This document shows, piece after piece, positions 1 through 8,752 of a stretch of 64,000 bases of DNA (the first letter of the stretch is position 1; each line of letters starts with the position of its first letter). The DNA is taken from NCBI GenBank assembly GCA_963749705.1, contig CAVVNQ010000002.1:237176-301175 (forward strand), read 5' to 3'. The notes under the pieces were generated by a model that was not told the DNA's origin, searched no databases, and saw only the letters and a program-made list of their open reading frames with translations. The stretch comes from an uncultured Chloroflexia bacterium (lineage in GTDB: Bacteria; Chloroflexota; Limnocylindria; Limnocylindrales; CSP1-4). Both the position numbers and the translations under genes were made by a program.

Positions 1-1
1 G

Positions 2-1639
2 GCCGTCGCGATCGGACCGGCCGGTACCGGCGCGGGCGGCGGGGAACCACAGTCGAGCGCGCTCGAGGTCTTCCGGAACCGTCCGTTCCTGCTGCTCTGG
101 CTGAGCCAGGCGTTCACGCAGGTCGGCGGCAACATGGTCATCTATGGCCTGACCGTCATCATCCTCGAGTCCACGTCGTCGAAGACCGCGGTCAGCCTGC
201 TCATCCTCACGTTCCTGGTGCCGGCGGTCCTGTTCTCGGCGCTGGCGGGCGTGTACGTCGATCGGGTGGACCGGCGCACGATCCTGGTGGTGACGAACCT
301 GCTGCGCGCGGCGGCATTCGTGCTCACCTTCCTCGCCGGCAGCAACCTGCCGGTGATCCTGGTCCTCAACGTCCTGGTCTCGACCATCACCGTGTTCTTC
401 GGGCCGGCGGAGGCGGCGATGATCCCGCACCTCGTGCCGCGCCGCCAGCTCATCTCCGCCAACGGGATCTTCACGCTCACCCTCAATGCCGCGTTCGCGA
501 TCGGGTTCGCGCTGCTGGGACCGATCGTGGTCACGATCGCCGGGGCGCCGGCCCTGATCCTGCTCGTCGCGGCCTGCTACCTGATGGCCGCGGCGTTCTG
601 CTGGACGCTGCCGTCCGCCCCGCCGACGCCGATCGAGGGAGGCTCGGCCCGGGGCGTGGTGGGTGATGCGGAGCAGGCCGTGGGGTCCACCATCGCGCAG
701 CTGCGCGATGGCATCGACTTCATCCGCGCCAATCCGACGATCACCTGGTCGCTGTTCTACCTCGGCATCGCCGCCTCGCTGGTGGGCGTCCTCGGGGTCC
801 TCGGCACGGACTTCGCGACGTCGTCGCTGGGGCTCGCGCCAAAGGACTTCGTGGTCGTCGTGCTGCCGCTCGGGTTCGGCATCGCGACCGGGATCCTGGT
901 GCTCAACTCGTTCGGGCACATGGTCCCGCGCCGCCGGATCATCGAGAGTGGCCTGGTGGCCCTGGGCGTCCTGCTGGCGGCGCTTGCGGCCGCCGGTCCG
1001 ATCTCGCGGTTCCTCAAGGGCGCGCAGGCGGCAACCGGGCTCACTGACCTGTCGGGCCTGACCTCGCTGCTGGCGATCGTGATCCTCATCGCCCTGCTGG
1101 CCGGTATGGCCTATGGGTTCGTCGCCATCCCGTCGCAGACGCAGCTCCAGGAGGAGCTGCCGGAGGAGGTTCGTGGCCGCGTGTTCGGGGTGCTCAACAT
1201 GCTGGTGTCGGTTGCGAGCTTCCTGCCGATCATCGTGGTCGGCCCGGTCTCCGACCTCCTCGGCACCACGATCGTGCTGGTCCTGGTCGCCGCGTTCGTC
1301 GGCCTTTCGGGCGTGCTGTCGATCGTCACCCGGGGGCCGCTCAACGTGGTCGAGTCACGGGCGAGGGCGATCGGTCCGCTGACGCCGGCGGCGATCGACC
1401 CGATGGCCGTCAGCATTGCGACCGAGGTGGACGCGGAGGAGCGCCGCGGGCGCGAGAAGGCCGAGTTCGCCCATGCGCCGTCCGCCACCGGCGAGATTGG
1501 CGGCGGCGAGACGGGAGCCGGTGGCACGGCTGGCGGCGGGAGCGGACCCGGCGAACTGGGCGGCGGCGCCGGTGGACGCGGACCCAGCGCGGGCTCGGAC
1601 CCGGGCGCAGGTCCGCGAGGAGGCTCGGGCCCCGGATGA
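2..1639 (+). CDS. MFS transporter (H+ antiporter/MFS_3-like), 5'-partial
   Basis: The frame is open from the window edge (ALEVFRNRPFLLLWLSQAFTQVGGNM...). It has about 12 hydrophobic segments, MFS motif A (GVYVDRVDRR), a second-half RGRVFG motif and a Gly-rich tail. Confidence 0.9.
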   Translation, partial: AVAIGPAGTGAGGGEPQSSALEVFRNRPFLLLWLSQAFTQVGGNMVIYGLTVIILESTSSKTAVSLLILTFLVPAVLFSALAGVYVDRVDRRTILVVTNLLRAAAFVLTFLAGSNLPVILVLNVLVSTITVFFGPAEAAMIPHLVPRRQLISANGIFTLTLNAAFAIGFALLGPIVVTIAGAPALILLVAACYLMAAAFCWTLPSAPPTPIEGGSARGVVGDAEQAVGSTIAQLRDGIDFIRANPTITWSLFYLGIAASLVGVLGVLGTDFATSSLGLAPKDFVVVVLPLGFGIATGILVLNSFGHMVPRRRIIESGLVALGVLLAALAAAGPISRFLKGAQAATGLTDLSGLTSLLAIVILIALLAGMAYGFVAIPSQTQLQEELPEEVRGRVFGVLNMLVSVASFLPIIVVGPVSDLLGTTIVLVLVAAFVGLSGVLSIVTRGPLNVVESRARAIGPLTPAAIDPMAVSIATEVDAEERRGREKAEFAHAPSATGEIGGGETGAGGTAGGGSGPGELGGGAGGRGPSAGSDPGAGPRGGSGPG

Positions 1640-3298
1640 GCGCGGCGCTGCGAGCCGGCCTGATCGTTCGCGGGCGGATCGCGACGCTCGCCGGATCCGA
1701 TGGCCCGGGCTGGGTCGAGGCGGTCGCGGTCGCCGATGGGCGCGTGCTGGCGGCGGGCACCAGTGCGGACATCGAGCGGCTCGCGGGCGTCGGGACGCAG
1801 CGGATCCAGCTGCCGCCGGACGCGGTGGCGATCCCGGGCCTGACCGACGCGCACCTCCACCTGGTCGAGGCCGCGCTCGCCCGCGCGCGGGTGGACCTCC
1901 ATGCGGCAGCCTCGATCGACGTGGCGCTCGACCGGGTCGCCGAGGCGGCGGCCGCGCAGCCCGATCCGGACCGCTGGATCGAAGGTGCCGGCTGGGACGC
2001 GGACCGGTTCGGACGGTGGCCGATGGCCGATGATCTCGAGCGCGTCGCCCCCGGCCGGCTCGTCGCGTTGTGGGCGCACGATCATCACGCGCTGCTCGTG
2101 AGCCGCCGGGCGCTGACGGAGGCGGGCATCGATCCCGGCCGGACCGATCCCGATGGCGGCGTGATCCGGCGCGATGCGGACGGACGGCCGACGGGCGTGC
2201 TCCACGAGACGGCGGCCCGCCTCGTGTCGGCGCGGATCCCGCCCCCGGATGCGGCGACGATCGAGTCGGCGATGCGGCCGCTTGCCCGCGAGCTGCTGGG
2301 ACTGGGCGTGGTCGCCGTCCATGATCCCGGGGGCCTGGCGCTCCAGGACGGCCTCCGCGGCCCGATCGCCGCGTACCGCCATCTCGCGGCCACGGACTCG
2401 CTCGACCTCCGCGTCCATGCGTGCATCCGGCCCGAACAGCTCGACGCTGCCGAGGGGGAGGGCGTGCGCAGCGGTGCCCCGCTGGGCCCGGACCCCCGCG
2501 ACCGCCTCCGGATGGGCTGGCTCAAGACGTTTGCGGACGGCACGCTCGGATCGCGGACGGCGGCGCTGCTGGATCCGCTCCAGCCGATCGCGGGCGAGCC
2601 GCCGCCGCCCAACGAGCGGGTATGGCGTGTGGATGGTGCCGCCGGACGCGCTTCGCGAGCAGGCCGCACGCGCCGCGGCCGCGGGCATCGCCACCCAGAT
2701 CCACGCGATCGGAGACGCAGCGGTCCGGGCGGCGCTCGATGCCCTGGCCCCGACCGTCGGCACCACGCCGCTGATGCCCCGCGTGGAGCACGTCCAGCTC
2801 ATCGCCGACGCCGACGTGCCACGGTTCGCGGCGCTCGGGATCGCGGCATCCGTGCAGCCGATCCATGTCCGGTCGGACGCGGCGAAGGCGCGCCGCCTGT
2901 GGGGTCCGCGGGCCGAGGCTCGCGCCTACGCCCTGGCCGCGCTTGCCCGGGCCGGCGCGGTCGTCCCCGCCGGGACCGACGCCCCGGTGGAGCCGGTGGA
3001 CCCCTGGCCCGGGATCGCCTGCGCCGTCACCCGCGCCGCGCCGTCGTGGCCGGTGGGGACGCCCGCCTTCGGACCGGCCAACGCGCTGTCGCTGTGGCGG
3101 TCGATCCGGGCGAGCTGCGTCGACCCGGCGATCAGCGCGGGAGAAGGGGATCGGGGACGGCTGACCCCGGGTCAGCGCGCCGACATCGTGGTCATCCCGG
3201 CCGCGGCGATCAGCGAGCCGGTCGAGGTTGATGGTGCGCTGTGGCACGCACGTCCGCTGCTGGTCCTGGTGGACGGCGAGGTCGTCGCGGGCGCCTGA
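1636..3298 (+). CDS. Amidohydrolase 3 family (YtcJ-like) metal-dependent hydrolase; one frameshift near 2615
   Basis: The N-half in ORF 1636..3231 has PGLTDAHLH and LKTFADGTLGSRTA. The C-half in ORF 2174..3298 has HAIGD, RVEHVQ, GTDAPVE and GRLTPGQRADIVV. Confidence 0.85.
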
Positions 3299-3766
3299 TC
3301 AGGGTTCCGTCGTTCCCTCTCTCGCAGCGGTCCACCGGGCGTATCTCGGCGGCCAGTCGTCGGAGCTTGGCCGCGCACCGTAGAGCACATCCTCGACCAG
3401 GAGCTCGAAGGCCGGCGCATCGCCGACGCTCCAGTCCCAATCGGCGGCAAGGGATGCCCGCCTGACCGGGTCGTCGACCGGCCGCACCCGGCCGCGAACG
3501 AGGAACTCATTGGGGACCGCGGGGTCGAAGTGGGCGTGGAGGGCGTACCGGCCGTCCTGTTCGAGATCGCGCAGCTTCGGTGACCGGAGGATGAACGCGT
3601 ACAGCCCGCCGTCGACCACCCCCACCGTGATCGGGTGCGCCTGGGGAGGCTCGTCCCCCGAGACGGTGATCAGGAGCGCTTCGCCGTGGCCGGTCCGGTA
3701 CAGGAGCTCTCGGCCCATCGCGGCAATGTCCGGTGCCTCGGTCGCGAACTCACCCCAGGTACTCAC
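3299..3766 (-). CDS. Pyridoxamine 5'-phosphate oxidase-like (split-barrel flavin/F420-binding) protein
   Basis: GTG start at 3766; MSTWGEFATEAPDIAAMG...SPKLRDLEQDGRYALH, matching the typical SPKxxDLxxDGRYALH signature. Confidence 0.75.
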   Translation of the reverse strand: MSTWGEFATEAPDIAAMGRELLYRTGHGEALLITVSGDEPPQAHPITVGVVDGGLYAFILRSPKLRDLEQDGRYALHAHFDPAVPNEFLVRGRVRPVDDPVRRASLAADWDWSVGDAPAFELLVEDVLYGARPSSDDWPPRYARWTAAREGTTEP

Positions 3767-3795
3767 GTGCGATCTCCATTTCGTCTGTCGTTCGT

Positions 3796-5178
3796 TCAGG
3801 CGGTGCCGTCGAGCCGGCGTCGCGCCTCGTCGAACAGGCCGTTGAGGATGCGCGACGTCGAGGGGAACGCGTGGATCGTCTCCGCGAGCACGTCCACCGG
3901 CACCCTTGCCTTGATCGCGAGCACGCATTCGTGGATCGCGGCCGATGCGTCCGGGCAGGCCATCGCCGCCCCCACCAGCTCTCGCGTGGCGCGATCCACG
4001 ACGATCGTGACGTGGCCGGTCTCGGCTTCGACCGAGTACCCCTTCGACGAGTGGGGGAAGTCGGCGACGCACTCGAATGCATCGATCCCGGCATCGGTGG
4101 CCTGGTCGAGGCTGACCCCGACCGACGCCGCCTCGGGGTCCATGTACGTGGCGCGGGGAAGGGCGCGGTAGTCGGGCGTCACGGCCTCGCCCAGCGCCAT
4201 CCGGACGACCATCTCGCCCTGGTAGTGCGCCTGGTGGGTGTGGAGCTCCGGGCCCGCGGGGTCGCCCGCCACCCACAGGCCGTCCGCCAGCCGCAGGCTG
4301 CCGTCGCGACGGTAGGCGCCGGGTCCCGAGACCTCGATCCCGTACACGTCCAGCCCCAGGTCACGCGTCGGGAACTCGCGCCCGACCGCGAGCAGGACCG
4401 CGTGGCCCTCCGCGGTCGTCCCGTTGTCGAGCTCGATGACGTGGGCGCCGTCGGTCCCGGCGCCCGCGCGCGCCCGTATCGCACGCGACCCGGTCCGGAC
4501 GCTCACGCCGTCACGCTCGAGCGCGAACCGGACCGCCTCGGCGTTGCGGGGATGGTCCGTGGGCACGAGCCGCGGCCCGGACTGGACGACCGTGGTCGGC
4601 ACGCCGAACCGCGCGAAGACCTGGGCGAGCTCGCAGCCGGTCGGGCCGCCGCCGAGCACGAGCAGGCTCCGGGGCAGCTCGCGCGTCAGCGTCGCATCCC
4701 GGTTCGTCCAGGGCTTGGTCTCGGCGAGCCCCTCGATGGGCGGCACCTTGGACCCCGATCCCACCGCGACCACGATGTTGCGCGCCGCAAGCTCGTGGGT
4801 CACGCCGTCATGGCTGACCGTCACGCGGCCGCGCGCGGTGATCCGGCCCTCGCCGCGGTAGGTGACCGAGCCATCAGACTCGAGCGCCTTGACGTGCGAG
4901 GTGTCGTCGGGGTCGAGCGCATCCGTCGGGCGGTTGACCATGTAGTCGCGGCGATCGGATGCGCGCGACCACGAGTAGTCGGCGCCCGCCGCGTGCCGGT
5001 CGGCGCTGTGGAGCAGCGACTTCGACGGGATGCACCCGATGTGCGGACACGATCCGCCGAACCACCGGCGGTCGATGACGGCCGAGGTGGCGCCCAGCGC
5101 TCGCGCCTTGTGCGCGGCAGCCTCCCCGGCCGGGCCGGCGCCGATGATCACGAAGTCGAAGGTGTCCATGTCCGTCAT
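3796..5178 (-). CDS. Class I pyridine nucleotide-disulfide oxidoreductase (Lpd/MerA-like family)
   Basis: GAGPAG FAD motif, redox-active GGSCPHIGCIPSK, GGGPTGCE NAD motif and a C-terminal dimerisation domain ending IHAFPS. Confidence 0.88.
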   Translation of the reverse strand: MTDMDTFDFVIIGAGPAGEAAAHKARALGATSAVIDRRWFGGSCPHIGCIPSKSLLHSADRHAAGADYSWSRASDRRDYMVNRPTDALDPDDTSHVKALESDGSVTYRGEGRITARGRVTVSHDGVTHELAARNIVVAVGSGSKVPPIEGLAETKPWTNRDATLTRELPRSLLVLGGGPTGCELAQVFARFGVPTTVVQSGPRLVPTDHPRNAEAVRFALERDGVSVRTGSRAIRARAGAGTDGAHVIELDNGTTAEGHAVLLAVGREFPTRDLGLDVYGIEVSGPGAYRRDGSLRLADGLWVAGDPAGPELHTHQAHYQGEMVVRMALGEAVTPDYRALPRATYMDPEAASVGVSLDQATDAGIDAFECVADFPHSSKGYSVEAETGHVTIVVDRATRELVGAAMACPDASAAIHECVLAIKARVPVDVLAETIHAFPSTSRILNGLFDEARRRLDGTA

Positions 5179-5191
5179 CCTCGCCGAAATC

Positions 5192-5995
5192 TCACCCGAG
5201 CGCTCGCTGCCGTCGGGCTTCGTACAGCAGGACGGCGACCGCGATCGAGACGTTGAGGCTGTCGGCGACCCCGAGCATCGGCAGCCGGACGCCCGTCACC
5301 GCGTCACCGTCCCAGGCCGCGCTCAGGCCGTCGGCCTCACTGCCCAGGATGAGGGCGACCGGACCACGCAGATCGACATCGGTGTAGACGGACAGCGCGT
5401 CGACGCGCGCCGCGATCAGCGCGACCCCTTGTCCGGCCAGCCTGGCCCGAACGTCTGCGCTCGAGCCCGCGGCCACCGGGACGGCGAACATCGTGCCCAG
5501 CGATGCACGCACCGCGTTGGGGTTGAACAGGTCCGTGCGCGGATCTGCGGCGATCACGGCGTCGGCACCCGCCGCATCGGCTGTCCGCAGGACGGCGCCC
5601 AGGTTGCCCGGCTTCTCGACGCCTTCGACGACGACCACCAGCGGGTCATGGGGAAGGTGCAGCCCGTCGAGGGACAGATCCGGGATCCTGACCGTTGCCA
5701 CCACGCCCTCGCCCCGGTCGCCGTACGCCAGCCGGTCGAGGACCGTGCCGCTGACCACGGTCAGCGTCGCGCCGGCGGTCGTGGCAGCCGCAACCGCCGC
5801 ATGCCCCGCCTCGCTGAGCCGTGTCTCGTCGACGAACACCTCGGCGACCCTCGCGCCGCCCTCCAACGCCCGCGACAGCTCGCGTGCGCCGTCAAGAAGC
5901 GTCAACCCGGCGCGCTCACGCGTCCGCCGGTCCCGAAGTGCGGCCGCGGCGCGGATCCGCGGGTTGCGAAGGCTCGAGATGGTGGGCTCGGTCAT
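5192..5995 (-). CDS. TrmH/SpoU family RNA methyltransferase
   Basis: MTEPTISSLRNPRI..., EKPGNLGAVLRTADAAG, LGSEADGL and SLNVSIA SPOUT motifs. Confidence 0.92.
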   Translation of the reverse strand: MTEPTISSLRNPRIRAAAALRDRRTRERAGLTLLDGARELSRALEGGARVAEVFVDETRLSEAGHAAVAAATTAGATLTVVSGTVLDRLAYGDRGEGVVATVRIPDLSLDGLHLPHDPLVVVVEGVEKPGNLGAVLRTADAAGADAVIAADPRTDLFNPNAVRASLGTMFAVPVAAGSSADVRARLAGQGVALIAARVDALSVYTDVDLRGPVALILGSEADGLSAAWDGDAVTGVRLPMLGVADSLNVSIAVAVLLYEARRQRALG

Positions 5996-6002
5996 CCGGC
6001 CG

Positions 6003-6845
6003 TCACCGCGGCTTCGTCCGGCCGGGATGGCGCGCCCAGCTGCCCGCGCGGAGCACGTTGCCCGTCCGCGCGACGAGCTCGAGATCCTCGCCCGCGGCAT
6101 CGACCCCCAGGTGCTCCCGGAGCAACGACGCGAGGCGCTCCCCGTCGAACCCCGGACTGTGCGCGCTGAGCACGGCCAGCCCCGGCCTCGGGCCGACCAG
6201 CGCGGCCAGGTCCTGGAGCAGGGGCTCGAGGTCCGTCTCGATCTGCCAGGCGCCGTTGCCGTGGCCGTACGTCGGCGGATCGAGCACCACGCCGTCGTAG
6301 TGGCGGCCGCGACGGCGCTCGCGCCGAACGAAGGCGCGGGCATCGTCCACGAGCCACCGGATCGGGCGGTCGGCGAGCGCGGACAGCTCGGCGTTGCGCC
6401 GCGCCCACGCGACGGCCGGGCGCGAGGCATCGACATGGGCCAGGCGCGCTCCGGCGCGCGCGCACGCGAGGGTGGCGCCACCCGTGTACGCGAACAGCGT
6501 CAGGATCTCGGCGGGGCGGCCGAGGCGCGTCCCGATATCGGCGATGGACCGCTCCAGCCAGGCCCACGTCGCGGCGTGCTCCGCGAACACGCCCACCTGG
6601 CCGCCGGCCGCGGGCCGGCATTCGAGCGTCAGGCCGGCGGCCTCCACCGTCCAGGGTGCGCGCTCACCGCCGCGCACCCAGCCACCACGCCCGAACACGA
6701 GCGGCGCGCGATGCCACTCGGTCTCGGGCAGGATCGGCGGCATGACCGCGCCCGGCGCCGGCCGGTCCACGACGACGGAGCCGAAGCGCTCGAGGCGCCG
6801 TCCGCCGCCACAGTCGAGAAGCTCCAGGTCCGCCATCGGCCCCAT
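6003..6845 (-). CDS. Class I SAM-dependent methyltransferase (RlmI/RlmK-like)
   Basis: LLDCGGGRRLERFG, LFAYTGG motif I, HVDAS and LDPPTYGHG. The true start may be ATG 6836. Confidence 0.85.
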   Translation of the reverse strand: MGPMADLELLDCGGGRRLERFGSVVVDRPAPGAVMPPILPETEWHRAPLVFGRGGWVRGGERAPWTVEAAGLTLECRPAAGGQVGVFAEHAATWAWLERSIADIGTRLGRPAEILTLFAYTGGATLACARAGARLAHVDASRPAVAWARRNAELSALADRPIRWLVDDARAFVRRERRRGRHYDGVVLDPPTYGHGNGAWQIETDLEPLLQDLAALVGPRPGLAVLSAHSPGFDGERLASLLREHLGVDAAGEDLELVARTGNVLRAGSWARHPGRTKPR

Positions 6846-6893
6846 CGTCGCATGCCGGTGGCCCGGCCTGTCGGCGGCCCGGCCGAGGGGCTG

Positions 6894-6902
6894 TGCTATC
6901 CT
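6894..6902 (+). promoter_or_regulatory. Extended -10 promoter (TGcTATCCT) for tRNA-Val
   Basis: TGnTAnnnT lies 11 nt upstream of the mature tRNA 5' end. Confidence 0.55.
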
Positions 6903-6913
6903 CCGCGCCCGAA

Positions 6914-6990
6914 GGGCGATTAGCTCAGCTGGTTAGAGCGCATGCTTGACATGCATGAGGTCACTGGTTCGAGTCCAGTATCGCCCACCA
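6914..6990 (+). tRNA. tRNA-Val (GAC)
   Basis: Acceptor stem GGGCGAT/ATCGCCC, D arm TAGCTCAGCTGGTTAGAGC, anticodon arm CATGC-TTGACAT-GCATG, T arm GGTTCGAGTCC and encoded CCA. Confidence 0.97.
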
Positions 6991-7038
6991 TCCCCTGAGA
7001 CCTGACGGCGTGCCGGCGTGCCCGATGGCTCCCGCGGG

Positions 7039-8199
7039 TCAGCCTCGTCGTCGAGCGGACAGCCGCCGGGTGCGACGAGCCGCGAGCCACCCGGCCAGCA
7101 CAACCCATGGCACGAGGAACAGGACGGCGGCCGTGCCCGCAGCCTCCGCGGGCCGGGACGGCGCCGATGATGACGTCGGCGGGAGCGTGAACACCGGGCC
7201 GGGCGTGGTCCCGGCGGCGGTCACCGGCGAGCTCGGCCGGCTGGTCGGAGCGGCGGGCCGGCTGGTCGGAGCGGGACGGCTGGTCGGAGCGGCGGGCCGG
7301 CTGGTCGGCGGCGGCGTGGGCGTCGGCGGCAGCAGCGCCCCGGGCGGCAGGGCCCCGACGATCGCGCTGGGCGAGATGCTCCGGTCCTGGTTCTTGTTGC
7401 CCGACCCGTCGAGATTGAGCGTCCGCATGTGCCACGGTGAGCCCGAGACCTGCGAGGCGCCGTCGAGCGGGCCACCGTTCGCCCGGTTCCAGTAGTCGGA
7501 CTGGCCCAGATGCCCGCCCCACGCGAGGAGGACCGCCGGCCCGGTGCTCCGGAACTGCACCACGATGTCGGCCGAGCTGTTGCCCGCGCTGGGCCCGGCG
7601 TGGGTCGGAACCGAGATGGACAGGATGGTTGCGCCCCACGCGGTCAGGCGACGAGGCGATCCGGAGTAGCGTTCCGCCCCGGCTACCGACAGGCCGTCGG
7701 TGACGAATGGGTCGGATGGGAACGCGGCGGTCGACGGCGACGGGAGCGACGGGCACATCGATGAGATGCCACCGCCGGTGGGCGAGCAGACCTTCCCGGC
7801 AGCATTGGTCACGTTCCAGGTGGCGAGGAAGTCGTACGCCTTGTGGCCACCAGCGGTGAAGTCGTAGTTGATGTGGATCGTGTGGGTGCCCGCCGAGAGG
7901 CCCTCGATCGCGAGCCGGAAGGGGACGATGCCGCCTTCCGGATAGCGCGAGTTGTTGCCGTTGAGGTTGCCGTTCTGCCACTGGAGCGCCGTGCTGGCCC
8001 ACTGGTCGAGGTTGACCGTGGTGGCGGCCAGGACCGGCGAGGGACCGATCCCGATGGTCACCGCCGCAAGCGACATCGAGATCAGCGCGGTCGCGGCTGC
8101 CCTGGGCACGCGGGAGCTCCGCGCGGCGCCGGCACGTCGCGCGGATGAGGTCGGGGCCCCGAGCCTCGGGTGCCGCATCATCGGACCGTGAGTCGCCAA
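7039..8199 (-). CDS. Secreted/surface protein with Pro-Thr-Ser repeat stalk and LPPTS-TM-basic tail (sortase-like anchor)
   Basis: An Arg-rich then hydrophobic signal peptide ends at VLA. It is followed by a beta-rich domain (WQNGNLNGNNSRYPEG), four PTSRP(A)A repeats, LPPTS, a hydrophobic helix and RRTRRLSARRRG. The start is uncertain (8199 or about 8179). Confidence 0.7.
   Translation of the reverse strand: MATHGPMMRHPRLGAPTSSARRAGAARSSRVPRAAATALISMSLAAVTIGIGPSPVLAATTVNLDQWASTALQWQNGNLNGNNSRYPEGGIVPFRLAIEGLSAGTHTIHINYDFTAGGHKAYDFLATWNVTNAAGKVCSPTGGGISSMCPSLPSPSTAAFPSDPFVTDGLSVAGAERYSGSPRRLTAWGATILSISVPTHAGPSAGNSSADIVVQFRSTGPAVLLAWGGHLGQSDYWNRANGGPLDGASQVSGSPWHMRTLNLDGSGNKNQDRSISPSAIVGALPPGALLPPTPTPPPTSRPAAPTSRPAPTSRPAAPTSRPSSPVTAAGTTPGPVFTLPPTSSSAPSRPAEAAGTAAVLFLVPWVVLAGWLAARRTRRLSARRRG
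7235..7310. repeat. Coding tandem repeat (GGCCGGCTGGTCGGAGCGGCG-like units, about 4 copies)
   Basis: Visible 18-21-bp repeats encoding PTSRPAA/PTSRPA on the minus strand. Confidence 0.85.
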
Positions 8200-8489
8200 C
8201 GCATCGCCTCGCTCAGCGGGTTCGGCTGCTCACGGTGGGCGGCGGAGGTCAAGCCGTCGAGGATGACGAATCGCCTACGAAACCCACCGCAGTAGCCCGC
8301 AGTCAACCGGCCGATGCACCGATCGGAAAACTCCGGTGTGAGCGGTCAACGTGGCACGCGACGTCCGCCGGGCCTGCGCGGGACGGGGGAGGCGAATCGG
8401 CCGTGGTTGCGGGCAGCGACGCAGTCCCGGATACTGTCCCCGCGACACGGGGATCGCATGAAGGCTCCGGCCCACCGGAGACGGACATA

Positions 8490-8737
8490 CAGCAACGCGT
8501 CGAGTGGGACGCGCCACACCGGGACGTCACCAGAGAGCCGGGGCCATCGGCTGCAAGCCCCGACGGACCCGACCGGTGCCGGCACCACCCGCGAGCGGCC
8601 GGTGAACCGGTCCGGGATCCGCCCGTTAGCGCGGCTCGAGCGCACACCGCCGGGTCTTCCCGGCCGCGTGAAGGCGGGTGGAACCGCGGGAGGAACAACA
8701 GCCTCTCGTCCTGTCGGGACGAGAGGTTTCGTGTTTC
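8490..8737 (+). promoter_or_regulatory. T-box riboswitch (Thr specifier ACC) upstream of thrS
   Basis: AGAGA box at 8532, GCTG at 8550, ACC specifier at about 8584, CCGTTA F-box, T-box GGGTGGAACCGCG at about 8676-8688, then an intrinsic terminator. Confidence 0.9.
8702..8737 (+). terminator. T-box attenuator/terminator hairpin
   Basis: CCTCTCGTCC/GGACGAGAGG stem followed by TTTCGTGTTT. Confidence 0.85.
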
Positions 8738-8752
8738 CCAGGAGCGATTGAC

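Noticed and set aside
3796-5178. Mercuric reductase MerA
   Set aside because: There is no C-terminal Cys-Cys pair, no N-terminal metal-binding domain and no mer operon.
6914-8199. Genomic island integrated at tRNA-Val
   Set aside because: No duplicated tRNA 3' end, integrase or clear composition shift was seen.
8200-8350. c-di-GMP or c-di-AMP riboswitch ahead of the surface-protein gene
   Set aside because: Only fragmentary word matches were found, in the wrong order, and no full consensus could be built.
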